Part shown: one piece after another, positions 45,294 to 57,811 of the stretch
How positions within the stretch are numbered: position 1 is the stretch's first letter
Layout of the letters: the number at the start of each line of letters is the position of its first letter
Origin: an uncultured delta proteobacterium
GTDB taxonomy: Bacteria > Myxococcota_A > Polyangia > Polyangiales > Polyangiaceae
Direction of reading: 5' to 3'
Length of the DNA stretch: 64,000 nt
Assembly: GCA_963806225.1 (NCBI GenBank)
Contig: CAWDXG010000004.1
Location: 1,920,001 to 1,984,000, forward strand
Position numbers and translations under genes: made by a program
The notes under the pieces: model-generated
What the model was told of the DNA's origin: nothing
Seen by the model: only the letters and a program-made list of their open reading frames with translations
The model's database searches: none

Positions 45294-46136
45294 CTACCAG
45301 CGGCGGCTCTTGCCCGCGCGGTGCTCGGCGATGGTCGCCTGGTCCTGCTCCTTCTTGACCAGTACGCCGCCGAACGGCAACTCGCCACGGATGCGGTCCG
45401 CCCCTACCCCGGCCTGCGTCAGGACGGCGATCCAGTCGATGAGCTCGCTGGTGCTCGGGCGCTTGCGCACGCGGGGCACGCCGCGCACGTCGAAGAAGGC
45501 CGCGATGGCCTGGTCCACGACGCTATCGTCCACCTCCGGGTGGTGCACCCGCACGATGCGCTTCATCAACTCCGGCTCCGGGAAGTCGATGAAGTGGAAG
45601 ACGCAGCGGCGCAGGAACGCGTCCGGCAGCTCCTTCTCGTTGTTGCTGGTGATGATGACCACGGGCCGGTGCTGGGCCACGACCTCGTCGCCGGTCTCGT
45701 TCACGACGAAACGCATGCGGTCGAGCTCGTGCAGGAGGTCGTTCGGGAACTCCAGATCCGCCTTGTCGACCTCGTCGATCAGCAGCACCACGCGCGCCGG
45801 CGAGTTGAGCGCCCGGCCGAGCGGCCCGAGCTTGATGTAGCGGCGGATGTCCTTCACACCCTCGGGGCCAGCGTCACCGAAGCGCGCGTCGTACAGGCGC
45901 TGGACGGTGTCGTAGACGTACAGACCGTCCTGCGCCCGGGTGGTCGACTTGACGGGCCAGTGGATGAGGTCGTGCTCCATCGACTCGGCCACGGCGGCGG
46001 CGAGCAGGGTCTTGCCGGTCCCCGGCTCGCCCTTGACGAGCAGAGGGCGCTCCAGCGCGATGGCAGCGTTGACGGCCGCTTCCAGAGCCGGGTCGGTGAT
46101 GTAGCTGCGGGTGCCTGTAAACTCTCGGAACGACAC
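45294..46136 (-). CDS. MoxR-family AAA+ ATPase
   Basis: LLVKGEPGTGKT, LIDEVDKAD, ITSNNEKELPDAFLRRC, PSTSELIDW. Confidence 0.9.
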   Translation of the reverse strand: MSFREFTGTRSYITDPALEAAVNAAIALERPLLVKGEPGTGKTLLAAAVAESMEHDLIHWPVKSTTRAQDGLYVYDTVQRLYDARFGDAGPEGVKDIRRYIKLGPLGRALNSPARVVLLIDEVDKADLEFPNDLLHELDRMRFVVNETGDEVVAQHRPVVIITSNNEKELPDAFLRRCVFHFIDFPEPELMKRIVRVHHPEVDDSVVDQAIAAFFDVRGVPRVRKRPSTSELIDWIAVLTQAGVGADRIRGELPFGGVLVKKEQDQATIAEHRAGKSRRW

Positions 46137-46207
46137 GATAGCGGGGTCCTAGCACGGCCGACGCACGGCTGCTCGCCGGGACGCCCCCCGTGGTATGACC
46201 GTAGCGG

Positions 46208-47239
46208 ATGATCCGCTACGAAATCAGGGCAGCGGGACTCGACGACGAGGAGCAGCTTCTGAGGCTCGCGCGCTTCCTCAATACGGTGAACCTGCCCGAC
46301 GATCGCGGACACGTCCAGAACCTGCTCGACCACGCAACGCGGAGCTTCAGCGGCGCCATCAAGGATGGCCGCCGCCGCAAGTACGTCTTCGTGCTGTGGG
46401 ACCTGGAGCGCGAGGTCGCCGTCGGCACATCGATGATCGTCGCGCAGCTCGGACGCCGCGACGCGCCCTACATCTATTTCGACGTGACCCCGGAGGAGAA
46501 GTATTCGCGGGCGCTCGACCGCTACTTCCACCACACGGTGCTGAGGCTCGGCTTTTCCTGGAACGGGCCGACCGAGATCGGCGGGCTGATCGTCGACCCG
46601 GACTACCGCCGCGCTACCGAGAAGCTCGGTCTGCTCATCTCCTATGTGCGCTTTCTATACATCGCCGCACACCCGGAACTGTTCCAGAAGGAAGTGCTCG
46701 CGGAGCTGCTCCCGCCGCTCGAACCGGACGGCACGAGTCACCTGTGGGAGGCCCTCGGCCGGCACTTCACCGGCATGAGCTACGCCGAGGCGGACCTCTT
46801 GTCCAGCGAGGACAAGGGCTTCATCCGCGATCTGTTCCCCAGCGGAAACATCTACGCCAGCGTGCTCAGCAAGGACGCGCAGGGCGTGATCGGCAAGGTC
46901 GGCGCGCAGACCCGCGGCGTGGAGAAGATGCTCCGCCGCATCGGTTTCCGCTACGCCGAGCGCGTGGATCCGTTCGACGGCGGCCCGCACTTCGTCGCGC
47001 CGGTCGAGGAGATCACGCTTGTCCAGAACACCCGGCGCGTGCACTTCTCCGGCGCGCTCGACCCGTCCTCGGCGTCCACGAGAGCGATGGTCGCGCGGGA
47101 ATCCGACGGCGCCCCGTGGCTGCGCGTGGTCGGCACGACCGCCGCCCTGGCCGACGACGGCGTGAAGCTCGACCCCGCCGCCATCGAGCACCTCGCCCTT
47201 TCCGAGGGCGACGAGGTCATCGTGCTGCCGCTCAAATAG
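46208..47239 (+). CDS. astA: Arginine N-succinyltransferase
   Basis: NLPDDR, YVFVLWD, GPTEIGGLIVDPDYR, LWEALGRHFTGMSYAEAD, GFRYAERVDPFDGGP. Confidence 0.85.
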   Translation: MIRYEIRAAGLDDEEQLLRLARFLNTVNLPDDRGHVQNLLDHATRSFSGAIKDGRRRKYVFVLWDLEREVAVGTSMIVAQLGRRDAPYIYFDVTPEEKYSRALDRYFHHTVLRLGFSWNGPTEIGGLIVDPDYRRATEKLGLLISYVRFLYIAAHPELFQKEVLAELLPPLEPDGTSHLWEALGRHFTGMSYAEADLLSSEDKGFIRDLFPSGNIYASVLSKDAQGVIGKVGAQTRGVEKMLRRIGFRYAERVDPFDGGPHFVAPVEEITLVQNTRRVHFSGALDPSSASTRAMVARESDGAPWLRVVGTTAALADDGVKLDPAAIEHLALSEGDEVIVLPLK

Positions 47240-47245
47240 CCCGGG

Positions 47246-48940
47246 CTACTGGATCGGCGGGGGCGGCTGCGCGATGCCCTTGAGGTTCAGGCCGCCGGGG
47301 TACTGGTAGCTCGTGTAGCTGCCGTAGCCGACGACCTGGAGGCCCACCGGCTTGTCGGAGATGAGCACGTGCGCGCCGTTCGCGCCCGCACCGAGCTTCA
47401 CGCGCGCGACGGTGTAGCCGGCTGCAGCGAGCGCCGACGAGCCGGGCTGCACCGCGGTGCCGTCGATCGTCACCTGCGCAGCGACCGGCATCACCACGTC
47501 GGCATAGTTCACGTCGTAGTCGGTGGGGGCGAGGAACACGTACTTGGTCCGGTACTGCTCGACGGCGAACGCCAGGCTCTGCGAAGGGTCGCCCTTCTGG
47601 CTCCCGATGGGCGCCGTCGGGTCGACGATGCTGCCGCCGAGCTGGAACATGCCAACGGCAAACTCGTGGTTGCCCTCGACCGAGAAGTCGCCGTTGATGG
47701 GTCCGAACTGCACCACCTGGCCGGCGTTGATCGTCGAGGGCGCGCCATTGGGCTGGCCCGCCGAGTACTTGAGCTGCGTGCCATCGACGTTGCCGTAGAT
47801 CCGCACGATCTGTCCCACCACCTTGCCGTTCGGACCTGTCGGCGCATTGACGTAGTACTTCTTGCCCAGCGTCTCGGCCGGGAACACGCTCTCCTCGATG
47901 TGATCGCAGGCCTGGGCGCCGAGCGGGGCCTGGATGCACGGGATACCCGTGATCACCTGCACCGGCTGATCCGCCTGGACCAGGCTGCCGCTGAGATCGC
48001 CCGTCGTGTTGCCGAGCACCTCGACCACCTCGCCACGGTTGATCGGGAAGGTCGCAACCCCGCCGCCGCTGGTAGCCGACACGCCGCCGCCCGCCATGAT
48101 CTGGCCATTGCCGGAGACCTTGACCTTGACGGTCGTGTTGTCGGTGAGGCCGGTGACCGCGAAGTACGAACCGATGTTCGCCTTCTGCCAGCTCTGGACG
48201 CCGGTGATGCGGTAGTTCTTGGTCGCCGCGGTGCTGGGCAGAAGCAGCGATGCATCATTGGAATACGAGAAGCAGCCCACGCCGCCGTTGCCCGGACAGC
48301 TCGACCAGCTCTTCCCCGAGGGGCCGCCCGCCGGTTTGTACTCGAGCGCGTTGAACTGGTACACGGTGACCGGCACGGAGCTGGTCAGGTGATACGCGCC
48401 GCCCGGCGCGCGCACAGTGGAGGTGAGCGGTGTCGCCGCTCCCTGCGCGTTGGCGTCGGGCCCCTTCAGCGACGCAACCCACGGCAGATAGAACTTCTGC
48501 AGCCCGTTCGGCTGCACCGTCCCGCTCCCCATCTTCTGCCCGTTCTGCATGATGGTGACGTCGGCCGGGGTGTTGCCCGCGTTCGCGACGATCACCGCGT
48601 AGTCGAAGATCGACCACACGTTGTTCGCCACCACGGTGGGCCAGAAGTCGCAGCCGATGTAGGTGTGCGAGCTGGCCGCCTGCGAGCAGGTGGTCGGGTC
48701 GCCGACGAAGCCGCCGCCGTCTTTCGTGCCGCCGCCGCCGTCCAGGTTGATGCCGCCGCCGCTACCAGCGTTCGCGCCGAAGCCGCCGAAGTTGCCGCTG
48801 CCGCCGTTGCCGCCCGCGCCGCTGCCGCCGGACCCGGCGAAGTGGCTGCCGTCGCCGGAAGCCGAGCAGGCCGAAATCGTGCCAGCAACCGCCAGCGCCA
48901 GGATCGAAAAGACCGTGCCCCCACGAAGCCAAGTACTCAT
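47246..48940 (-). CDS. Lipoprotein with IgGFc-binding-protein N-terminal-like domain
   Basis: ISAC lipobox, Gly linker; GCDFWPTV, SVPVTVYQFN, SNDASLLLP, DHIEESVFP, GDPSQS, SYQYPGG. Confidence 0.8.
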   Translation of the reverse strand: MSTWLRGGTVFSILALAVAGTISACSASGDGSHFAGSGGSGAGGNGGSGNFGGFGANAGSGGGINLDGGGGTKDGGGFVGDPTTCSQAASSHTYIGCDFWPTVVANNVWSIFDYAVIVANAGNTPADVTIMQNGQKMGSGTVQPNGLQKFYLPWVASLKGPDANAQGAATPLTSTVRAPGGAYHLTSSVPVTVYQFNALEYKPAGGPSGKSWSSCPGNGGVGCFSYSNDASLLLPSTAATKNYRITGVQSWQKANIGSYFAVTGLTDNTTVKVKVSGNGQIMAGGGVSATSGGGVATFPINRGEVVEVLGNTTGDLSGSLVQADQPVQVITGIPCIQAPLGAQACDHIEESVFPAETLGKKYYVNAPTGPNGKVVGQIVRIYGNVDGTQLKYSAGQPNGAPSTINAGQVVQFGPINGDFSVEGNHEFAVGMFQLGGSIVDPTAPIGSQKGDPSQSLAFAVEQYRTKYVFLAPTDYDVNYADVVMPVAAQVTIDGTAVQPGSSALAAAGYTVARVKLGAGANGAHVLISDKPVGLQVVGYGSYTSYQYPGGLNLKGIAQPPPPIQ

Positions 48941-49046
48941 GGCCCTATTGTCCCCCCACGGCGTGGTGCTTGACAACCTGGCACTTTCCGGGCCGGCGCC
49001 GCCGGAGCCGCCCGGGCGGGCTCTTTCGGCGTCAACTCCCCTGGAT

Positions 49047-49808
<762 letters not shown>

Positions 49809-49831
49809 GGCGTGCCTCTGCCTTGTGCTGG

Positions 49832-51573
49832 CTACTCATAGCGGATGCCCTCGACTGGCCTGAGACGGCTGGCGGCAAGGGCCGGATAGATCGTGGCCAG
49901 AGTGGTAATGACCAGCGCCGCGATCGCGACGACCGTGTAGTCCACGGCGTCCACATTGATGGGCAGGCGATCCACATAGTACACGTCCGGGTCCAGCCGT
50001 ACGCCGAACCAGAGCAGGCCCAGCGTGGTCGCCAGCCCCGTCACTACGCCGAACACGGTGCCTATCGCGCCTATCATGATCCCCTCGGACATGAAAATGC
50101 GCAGGATGGACCTGTCGCTTGCACCGACGGCTTTGAGGATCGCGATCTCCTTGCTCTTCTCGGTCACCATCAAGAGCAGCGTGCAGATGATGCAGAAGCT
50201 CGCCACGGCGATCGCGATCGACAGGATGATGAACGTGGCGATCTTCTCCAGCTTGAGAGCGGAGAAGAGGTTCTTGTTCAGCTCCTTCCAGTCGCGGACC
50301 CGGAGGTCCTTGCGCGTGATGGCCGCGCTCACCAGCGGCCGCACCTCGCTCACCTGTTCAGCGTGGTCGATCTTGATATCGATGCCGGTGATGTTGTGCT
50401 TCAGGTCGAGGAAGTCCTGCGCCGCTGCGAGCTTCATGTACACGTAGCTCGCGTCGTATTCGTACATGCCGCTGTAGAAGACCGCGGCCACCCTGAAGCG
50501 TCGCGTGCGCGGCAAGACGCCCATCGGCCCCAGGTCGCCGAGCGGAGCGACCAACGTCACCTCGTCGCCGACGTAGACGTGGAGCGTCTTGGCGAGCTCG
50601 CGCCCGATCACGATACCCGGGTACACGTCGGGCGGCTTGACCGCCTTCTTCACGTTCTTGTCGAGCGAGTCGTCCAGAAAGGGGTTCACGTCCGGCCCCT
50701 TGAGGTACTTCTCGCCGCCCGGTCCGATGCCGATCACCGTGTCGGACGGCAGATCGGCCAGCGTGTCGGGGTGCTCCAGATAGCTGAACTTGCCGACCTC
50801 GATGTTCTTGAGGAGATCGATCACGCTGCCGATGGTCTTCGAGTCGACGCCGCGCACGATGGTGCCCGCGGTGTTCGACGAGCTCGACGCCATCGCTTCA
50901 CCCTGTGCGATGGGCGTCGCCGCCACGACGTGCTGGACCTTGCGCACCTTGTCGAGCACCGGATGCCAGTGATCGAAGCCGCCGACGGCCTTGCTCTCGA
51001 CCTTGATGTGGGCGTTGTTGCCGAGGATCTTCCGCTTCAGATCCGCGCCGAAGCCGCCCATGATCGAGACCACGGCGCACAGCGCGAACGAGCTCACGGC
51101 GACGCCAGCGATGGACAGCACCGAGATGACCGTGAGAAAGCCGCTCTTGCTCGCGCGCACGTGCCGCGCCGCGACGAACGACACGAAGCCGCGCCCCTCG
51201 ATGCGGTCGAGCACCCACGGCAGAGCCAGCGCGATAAAGCAGATGACAAAGCCCGTGCCCGACAGCGCCGCGCCGACGCGCACGAACTGGTGCCACAGCA
51301 CGAAGTAGCTGCCCTGCGGCTCGGGCAGCTTCGCCGCCCAGCTGGCCAGCCCGACCACGCCGACCAGGAACAGGCCGGTCAGCCCCCAGAGCAGACCGCG
51401 ACGTCCGCTCCGGCCGAGGCGGCGCAGCCCGAGCACGACGAGCCACACCACGAGCACCGCCGCGAGGATGATGATCGCGATGCGCCCGTACAGGCCGAGC
51501 GCGGCCCAGAGGCGGGCGAGCGCGCCCACCTTGGCGGCGTGATGCGCCGGTCCGGCGCTGGTCGCGGCCAGGA

Positions 51574-51577
<4 letters not shown>
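49832..51577 (-). CDS. LolC/E-family permease with extra N-terminal TM segments
   Basis: [72 protein letters not shown] overlap with lysS. Confidence 0.88.
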
Positions 51578-53277
<1,700 letters not shown>

Positions 53278-53371
53278 CGTCGCCGCGCCGGTCTAGCGCG
53301 GCTCCCCGGGCGCGTCCACAGGCGCTCTCGCGTGATAGGATGAGCGCGGAATCGCTTCCGGGAGGTGCTTG

Positions 53372-54499
53372 ATGCCGATCCATCCGCTGCGCTGGATCTC
53401 TGTCGTATCCATCGCGTTCGCCGCCGCGTGCTCGGCGACCGGTGGCACCGGAACCCGGCCCGGCGGCGGCGGCGGCGGCGGCGCTGCCGGCACCGACGCG
53501 AGCGCCAGCGGTGGGTCGAGCGCGACCGCTGGCACCGGAGCGGGCGGCAGCGCCGGCGGCGTCAACGTGGATTCCGGTCCGCCGGACAAGTGCGGCAACG
53601 GCCAGGACGACAACGGCAACGGCCTGGTGGACGAAGGCTGTTCGTGCAACGACGGCCAGACGCAGGGCTGCTGGACCGGGCCGCCGCAGCGCCGGAAGGT
53701 GGGCGCGTGCAAGGACGGCAAGCAGGCCTGCCAGAATTTCGGCGAGTTCATGTCCTGGGGACCGTGCGTGGGCGAGGTGCTGCCGAGCCCCGAGATCCCC
53801 GGCAACGGCAGCGACGAGGACTGCAACGGCAGCGATCCGGGCGGACAGTGCCAGCCCACGTCGAGCACCGAGGTCTGCGGCAGCGGCAAGGACGACGACT
53901 GCAACGGCAAGCAGGACTGCCAGGACCCGGCCTGCGCTTCGGTGTGCAACTGCTCCCAGGAGATCTGCAACGACGGCAAGGACAACGACTGCGACCAGCT
54001 GGTCGACTGCCAGGATCCGGACTGCGTGCAGGCGACCAACTGCAAGGCGCAGACAGGCTGCACGCCGCAGTTCCCCTATTTCCTCGAGGTCGCCTGCAAG
54101 GACGGCAAGGACAACGACTGCGACGGCAAGGTCGACTGCGCCGACCCCGACTGCAAGCAGCCCGGCCAGTGCGGCTGCGCCGCGCGGGAAACGAACTGCC
54201 ACGACGGCGTCAACGACGACTGCGACAAGTTCACCGACTGCGGCGACGCGGACTGCGAGACCTGCACGCCGGGCAGCACGCGCTACTGCGATGATCCCAC
54301 CCAGTGCTACTGGGGCAAACAGACCTGCGGGCCCGACAGCCACTGGGGCGCCTGCACCGAGACCACTGATCGGCCCGGCAACTGCAGCGGCGACCTGTAC
54401 AGCGCGGATTGCTGCGTGAACGCCGGCGCCTGCTGCCAGAACTATCCCACCGACGAGTCGTCGATAGGCAACTGCCCCGGCCTCACCAAGTGCAACTAG
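53372..54499 (+). CDS. Cys/Asp-rich lipoprotein with repeated E-x-C-x-D-G-x-D-N-D-C-D metal-binding-type motifs
   Basis: GGAGG RBS, AAAC lipobox; repeats such as EICNDGKDNDCDQLVDCQDPDC. Confidence 0.8.
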   Translation: MPIHPLRWISVVSIAFAAACSATGGTGTRPGGGGGGGAAGTDASASGGSSATAGTGAGGSAGGVNVDSGPPDKCGNGQDDNGNGLVDEGCSCNDGQTQGCWTGPPQRRKVGACKDGKQACQNFGEFMSWGPCVGEVLPSPEIPGNGSDEDCNGSDPGGQCQPTSSTEVCGSGKDDDCNGKQDCQDPACASVCNCSQEICNDGKDNDCDQLVDCQDPDCVQATNCKAQTGCTPQFPYFLEVACKDGKDNDCDGKVDCADPDCKQPGQCGCAARETNCHDGVNDDCDKFTDCGDADCETCTPGSTRYCDDPTQCYWGKQTCGPDSHWGACTETTDRPGNCSGDLYSADCCVNAGACCQNYPTDESSIGNCPGLTKCN

Positions 54500-54650
54500 G
54501 CCCGTTCGCATCCCACCCACTCACCCCCACCGGAATCCTCCGTCAGGGGCTCACCGCCCCCGGAAACCCGCCGCGATCCGCTCCGCTCATCGCGGGCTCG
54601 CTGTCGCTCGCCGGCCGTCGCACAATCGTCGAACCTGCCCAATGTCCCCG

Positions 54651-55406
54651 ATGCCCCCGCGACGGTTGCTGCTTCTGTCCGGCCTTGCCCTCGCACTGAC
54701 AGCCTGCAGGAAAAGCACGCCGCATCCCGCCGAGCACGTCGTCGTTGCGCCGCAGTCGGTGCCGGCTCCTGCGCCCGCGGACCTCGGCGACGACTGCGCG
54801 GACGTGGGTGGGGTGCGTGCGTGCTTTCGCAAGTCCTGTCCGGACGGCGTGTGCCGCGTGCCTCGACCGTTGCCGGACGCGCCCCATGTCGGCCGCTGGC
54901 GCTGTTCGGGCAGCGGCGAACAGCGCGTGTGTCGCGACAGCGCGCTCGACGCCAGCCGCTTCGAGTGCCGCGGCGCGCTCTGCATCCAGCGCACGCCGCA
55001 CCTGCCCGACGACGGCCAATGGGAATGCGCCGCCTTCGACGGCGCCGTGCTCTGCCGCTCCATCGCGCCCGCGGCCGGCATCGTCGCCGGCCCGCCCGAT
55101 CCCGCCTTCCGGTGCGGCAAGCGCCGCGGACATCCCGGCGAGCGCGTGTGCGTCGACTTCTCGCCGGACATGCCCGGCCCGGGCGCGTGGCGCTGCCACT
55201 TCCAGCACCTGGGCGGCGTGATCGAGCGGCGCTGCGAGAAGGGCGGACACACGCCGCTCGGCGGCAGCTGCAGCGGCGGCTGCTCGAAGGGCAGCACCTG
55301 CGTCTCGAGCCACTGCCTGCCGCTTCCCCCGCACCCGGACTGCTGGTTCGACAAGGACTGCGGCAGCGGACGCTGCGAGCTCGGCACCTGCCGGAGCGCG
55401 ACATGA
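54651..55406 (+). CDS. Cys-rich lipoprotein coupled to the multiheme cytochrome gene
   Basis: LTAC lipobox; more than 20 Cys; ATGA overlap at 55403-55406. Confidence 0.7.
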   Translation: MPPRRLLLLSGLALALTACRKSTPHPAEHVVVAPQSVPAPAPADLGDDCADVGGVRACFRKSCPDGVCRVPRPLPDAPHVGRWRCSGSGEQRVCRDSALDASRFECRGALCIQRTPHLPDDGQWECAAFDGAVLCRSIAPAAGIVAGPPDPAFRCGKRRGHPGERVCVDFSPDMPGPGAWRCHFQHLGGVIERRCEKGGHTPLGGSCSGGCSKGSTCVSSHCLPLPPHPDCWFDKDCGSGRCELGTCRSAT

Positions 55407-57352
55407 AGCGCCTCGCGCTGCTCCTGCTGGTGCTGGCCGCATGTCGGTCGTCGCCGGAGAAGCCGCCCACGCTCACCGTGCTCGTGAAGGCGCCGCTGTC
55501 CGTCGCGCGCCAGCTGGTCCACGCCAGCTGGTCGCCGCGCGCGCCGGTGCTGGAAGCCGAGCGCATCGGCACCACGCTGGCGCTCGTCGTCGACGCGCGC
55601 CACGCTCCACCGCGACTGCATCTCACCGTCCCCGGAGCCTGTCCGCTCGACGTGCCGCTGACCGGAAAGCACGAGGTCGACGCGCATCTCGCACCCTGGC
55701 TCGACGCCGGCGACGAGCGGAACGATGCAGGCTTCGACAAGGACGTGCAGATCGAGCTCCGCCCAGGCTGCCGCGCCGCCGTCGCCGGGCGCATCACGTG
55801 GAAACAGATCGCTGGACCGCACATCGACACGCGCGAGCTGAAGAACGGCTTCGTGCTCGCCGCCCACACGCTGCCGCTCTCGAAGCTGCACCCCGCGCCG
55901 CTGCCCTGGGGCCCGGTGCCGCTCTCGCCGCGGACACGCGGCGCGTACGCCTTCGAAGCGACGTGGAGCGACGGGCGCCACAGCGAAAAGCAGATCGTGC
56001 GCTTCGCCTCGGCGCCGCGGGCGCGCGGCGTGACCAGCATCGCCACGGGCCAGCGCGTCTACCTCGGCGGCAAGGGCTGGACGCTCGACACGCGGCCCGC
56101 GGGCAGCCGCGCCGCGCTCGTCCACGACGGCGCGCTGACCAGCCTGCTCGGCGACGAGCGCGGCCGCTACGTGCTCCACGACGTCGATCACCGCGAGCTC
56201 GCCCTGCAGGTCGGTCGCTTCGACGTGACCCCGCTCGACTGCGGCCGCTCGAATTGCCACGCGAAACAAGCCGAGGCCGTGAAGTCGAGCCGCATGACGC
56301 ACGCCTTCGAGCGCGTGCTCGACGGCAAGTCCGGACGCGCCAATCCGTGCGTGCTCGGCTGCCACACCGTGGGCGAGCCGGGCGTCGCCGACGGCGGCTT
56401 CGCCGAGGTCGCGCGCCAGCTCGGCTGGGTGTTTCCCGCAAAGCCCCGCGGCTGGAGCGCATTGCCGCGCGCGCTCAGGCGCCTGGGCGGCGTGACCTGC
56501 AACGCCTGTCACGGCGCCGGCTCGATCCCCGAGCGCAACATGCGCTGGGCCATGCTGCGCCCCGACGTCTGCGCCAACTGCCACGACGCCCCGCCGCGCT
56601 ACGGCCACGTCGTCGCGTGGCGGCAGAGCCGCATGGCGCGAAGCGACGCCGAGCCGCGCACGCGCCAGGGCAAGTGTGCGCAGTGCCATACGACTGCTGG
56701 CTTTCTCGCCGCGCACGCCCTGCGCGACTCGAAATCGATGCCGCCCCCGGATCTGACGCTCGGCATCGCCTGCGCGGCGTGCCACGCGCCGCACGGCGCC
56801 CACATGAAAACGGCGCTGCTCCGCAAGCTTCCGCTGCCAGACGGTTTCGCAGGGCGCGTGCCCGCCGCCGCGCTCGAATCAAGCGTGTGCCTCGGCTGCC
56901 ACGCCACGGCAAAGGGCGATAGCGCGCCGGCGTCGAGCGCCGGCAATCTCGTGTTCGAGGTCGGGCCCGTCGCGCCCGAACCGCACCCGGTGCACGCCCT
57001 CGCCGGCGGCTGCATCGCGTGCCATGGGCGCACGCCCGAAAGCTCGAAGGAGCTCGGCACCGGCCACACCTTCCGCACGCGCCCCGCGAGTTGCACGGGC
57101 TGCCACAAGGACGGACCGCCGCCGATGGAGAACTTCGGAAAGCGCGCGGGCGAGCTGCTCGCGAAGCTCGAGCCTTCGGCCAAAGACGGCGGACCGCCGC
57201 ACGCAGCCGACGAGAGCGTCCCGTCGGACCAGCAGCGCGCCCAGGCCCTCGCCGCCGTCCGCCTCGTGCTCGAAGATCCCGCCGCCGGCGCCCACAATCC
57301 CGGATACGCGAAACGGCTGCTCGATTTCGCGGAGACGCAGCCGAAACGCTGA
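55403..57352 (+). CDS. Multiheme c-type cytochrome lipoprotein (7 CxxCH plus 2 atypical motifs)
   Basis: MKRLALLLLVLAAC; CNACH, CANCH, CAQCH, CAACH, CLGCH, CIACH, CTGCH; also CGRSNCH and CVLGCH; C-terminal GAHNPGYAKRLL. Confidence 0.85.
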   Translation: MKRLALLLLVLAACRSSPEKPPTLTVLVKAPLSVARQLVHASWSPRAPVLEAERIGTTLALVVDARHAPPRLHLTVPGACPLDVPLTGKHEVDAHLAPWLDAGDERNDAGFDKDVQIELRPGCRAAVAGRITWKQIAGPHIDTRELKNGFVLAAHTLPLSKLHPAPLPWGPVPLSPRTRGAYAFEATWSDGRHSEKQIVRFASAPRARGVTSIATGQRVYLGGKGWTLDTRPAGSRAALVHDGALTSLLGDERGRYVLHDVDHRELALQVGRFDVTPLDCGRSNCHAKQAEAVKSSRMTHAFERVLDGKSGRANPCVLGCHTVGEPGVADGGFAEVARQLGWVFPAKPRGWSALPRALRRLGGVTCNACHGAGSIPERNMRWAMLRPDVCANCHDAPPRYGHVVAWRQSRMARSDAEPRTRQGKCAQCHTTAGFLAAHALRDSKSMPPPDLTLGIACAACHAPHGAHMKTALLRKLPLPDGFAGRVPAAALESSVCLGCHATAKGDSAPASSAGNLVFEVGPVAPEPHPVHALAGGCIACHGRTPESSKELGTGHTFRTRPASCTGCHKDGPPPMENFGKRAGELLAKLEPSAKDGGPPHAADESVPSDQQRAQALAAVRLVLEDPAAGAHNPGYAKRLLDFAETQPKR

Positions 57353-57361
57353 GCCCCCGCG

Positions 57362-57730
57362 CTAGCTGCACGTCCAGAAGTACCCGGCAGCGCCGCTATA
57401 GAGGCAGTTGCAGGCGGCGCTTCCGTAGTTGCAGGTCAGGAGCTTCAGGTAGGGCGAACAGCTCGACTGCGACGCCGGCTGGCTCGCAGGACAGCGCTCC
57501 TGGGTGCACGTGTACTTGCCGTGGTCGCACGAACACCCCATGGCCGCAGTCGCGGACTGCCGATACGTACAGTATGCGTCCTGGGCCAGACAGCAGTCGC
57601 CGCCCGGCTTCGGCGAGGATGGACAGCGCGAGCACGACGACGAGCTGCACCCCGTCGGGGTCAAGAGCCCCACCGCGATCAACAACGCGAACGCCACCAG
57701 AAACCCGCTCTTGCCCTTCCCACGTGACAT
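57362..57730 (-). CDS. Small Cys-rich secreted protein or lipoprotein (122 aa)
   Basis: GAGGAGG RBS; MSRGKGKSGFLVAFALLIAVGLLTPTGC; two Cys-rich modules. Confidence 0.7.
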   Translation of the reverse strand: MSRGKGKSGFLVAFALLIAVGLLTPTGCSSSSCSRCPSSPKPGGDCCLAQDAYCTYRQSATAAMGCSCDHGKYTCTQERCPASQPASQSSCSPYLKLLTCNYGSAACNCLYSGAAGYFWTCS

Positions 57731-57811
57731 GCCAGCCTCCTCGACGAGCCCCACGGCCGAGAGTACGCGCCCCACGCCAGCCTGTGGAGGATCTCGCCCA
57801 GGTCCGGCCCC

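Noticed and set aside
41987..45358. Very long alternative-frame ORFs (e.g. 41987-45358 +, 49832-53125 -, 7291-9945 +)
   Set aside because: These are Arg/Ala-rich shadow frames typical of high-GC DNA. Only the portions matching recognised genes were kept.
45294..46136. MoxR as part of the putative conflict system at 37-44 kb
   Set aside because: It looks like the common stand-alone type, is separated from that locus by an aminotransferase, and has no adjacent vWA partner.
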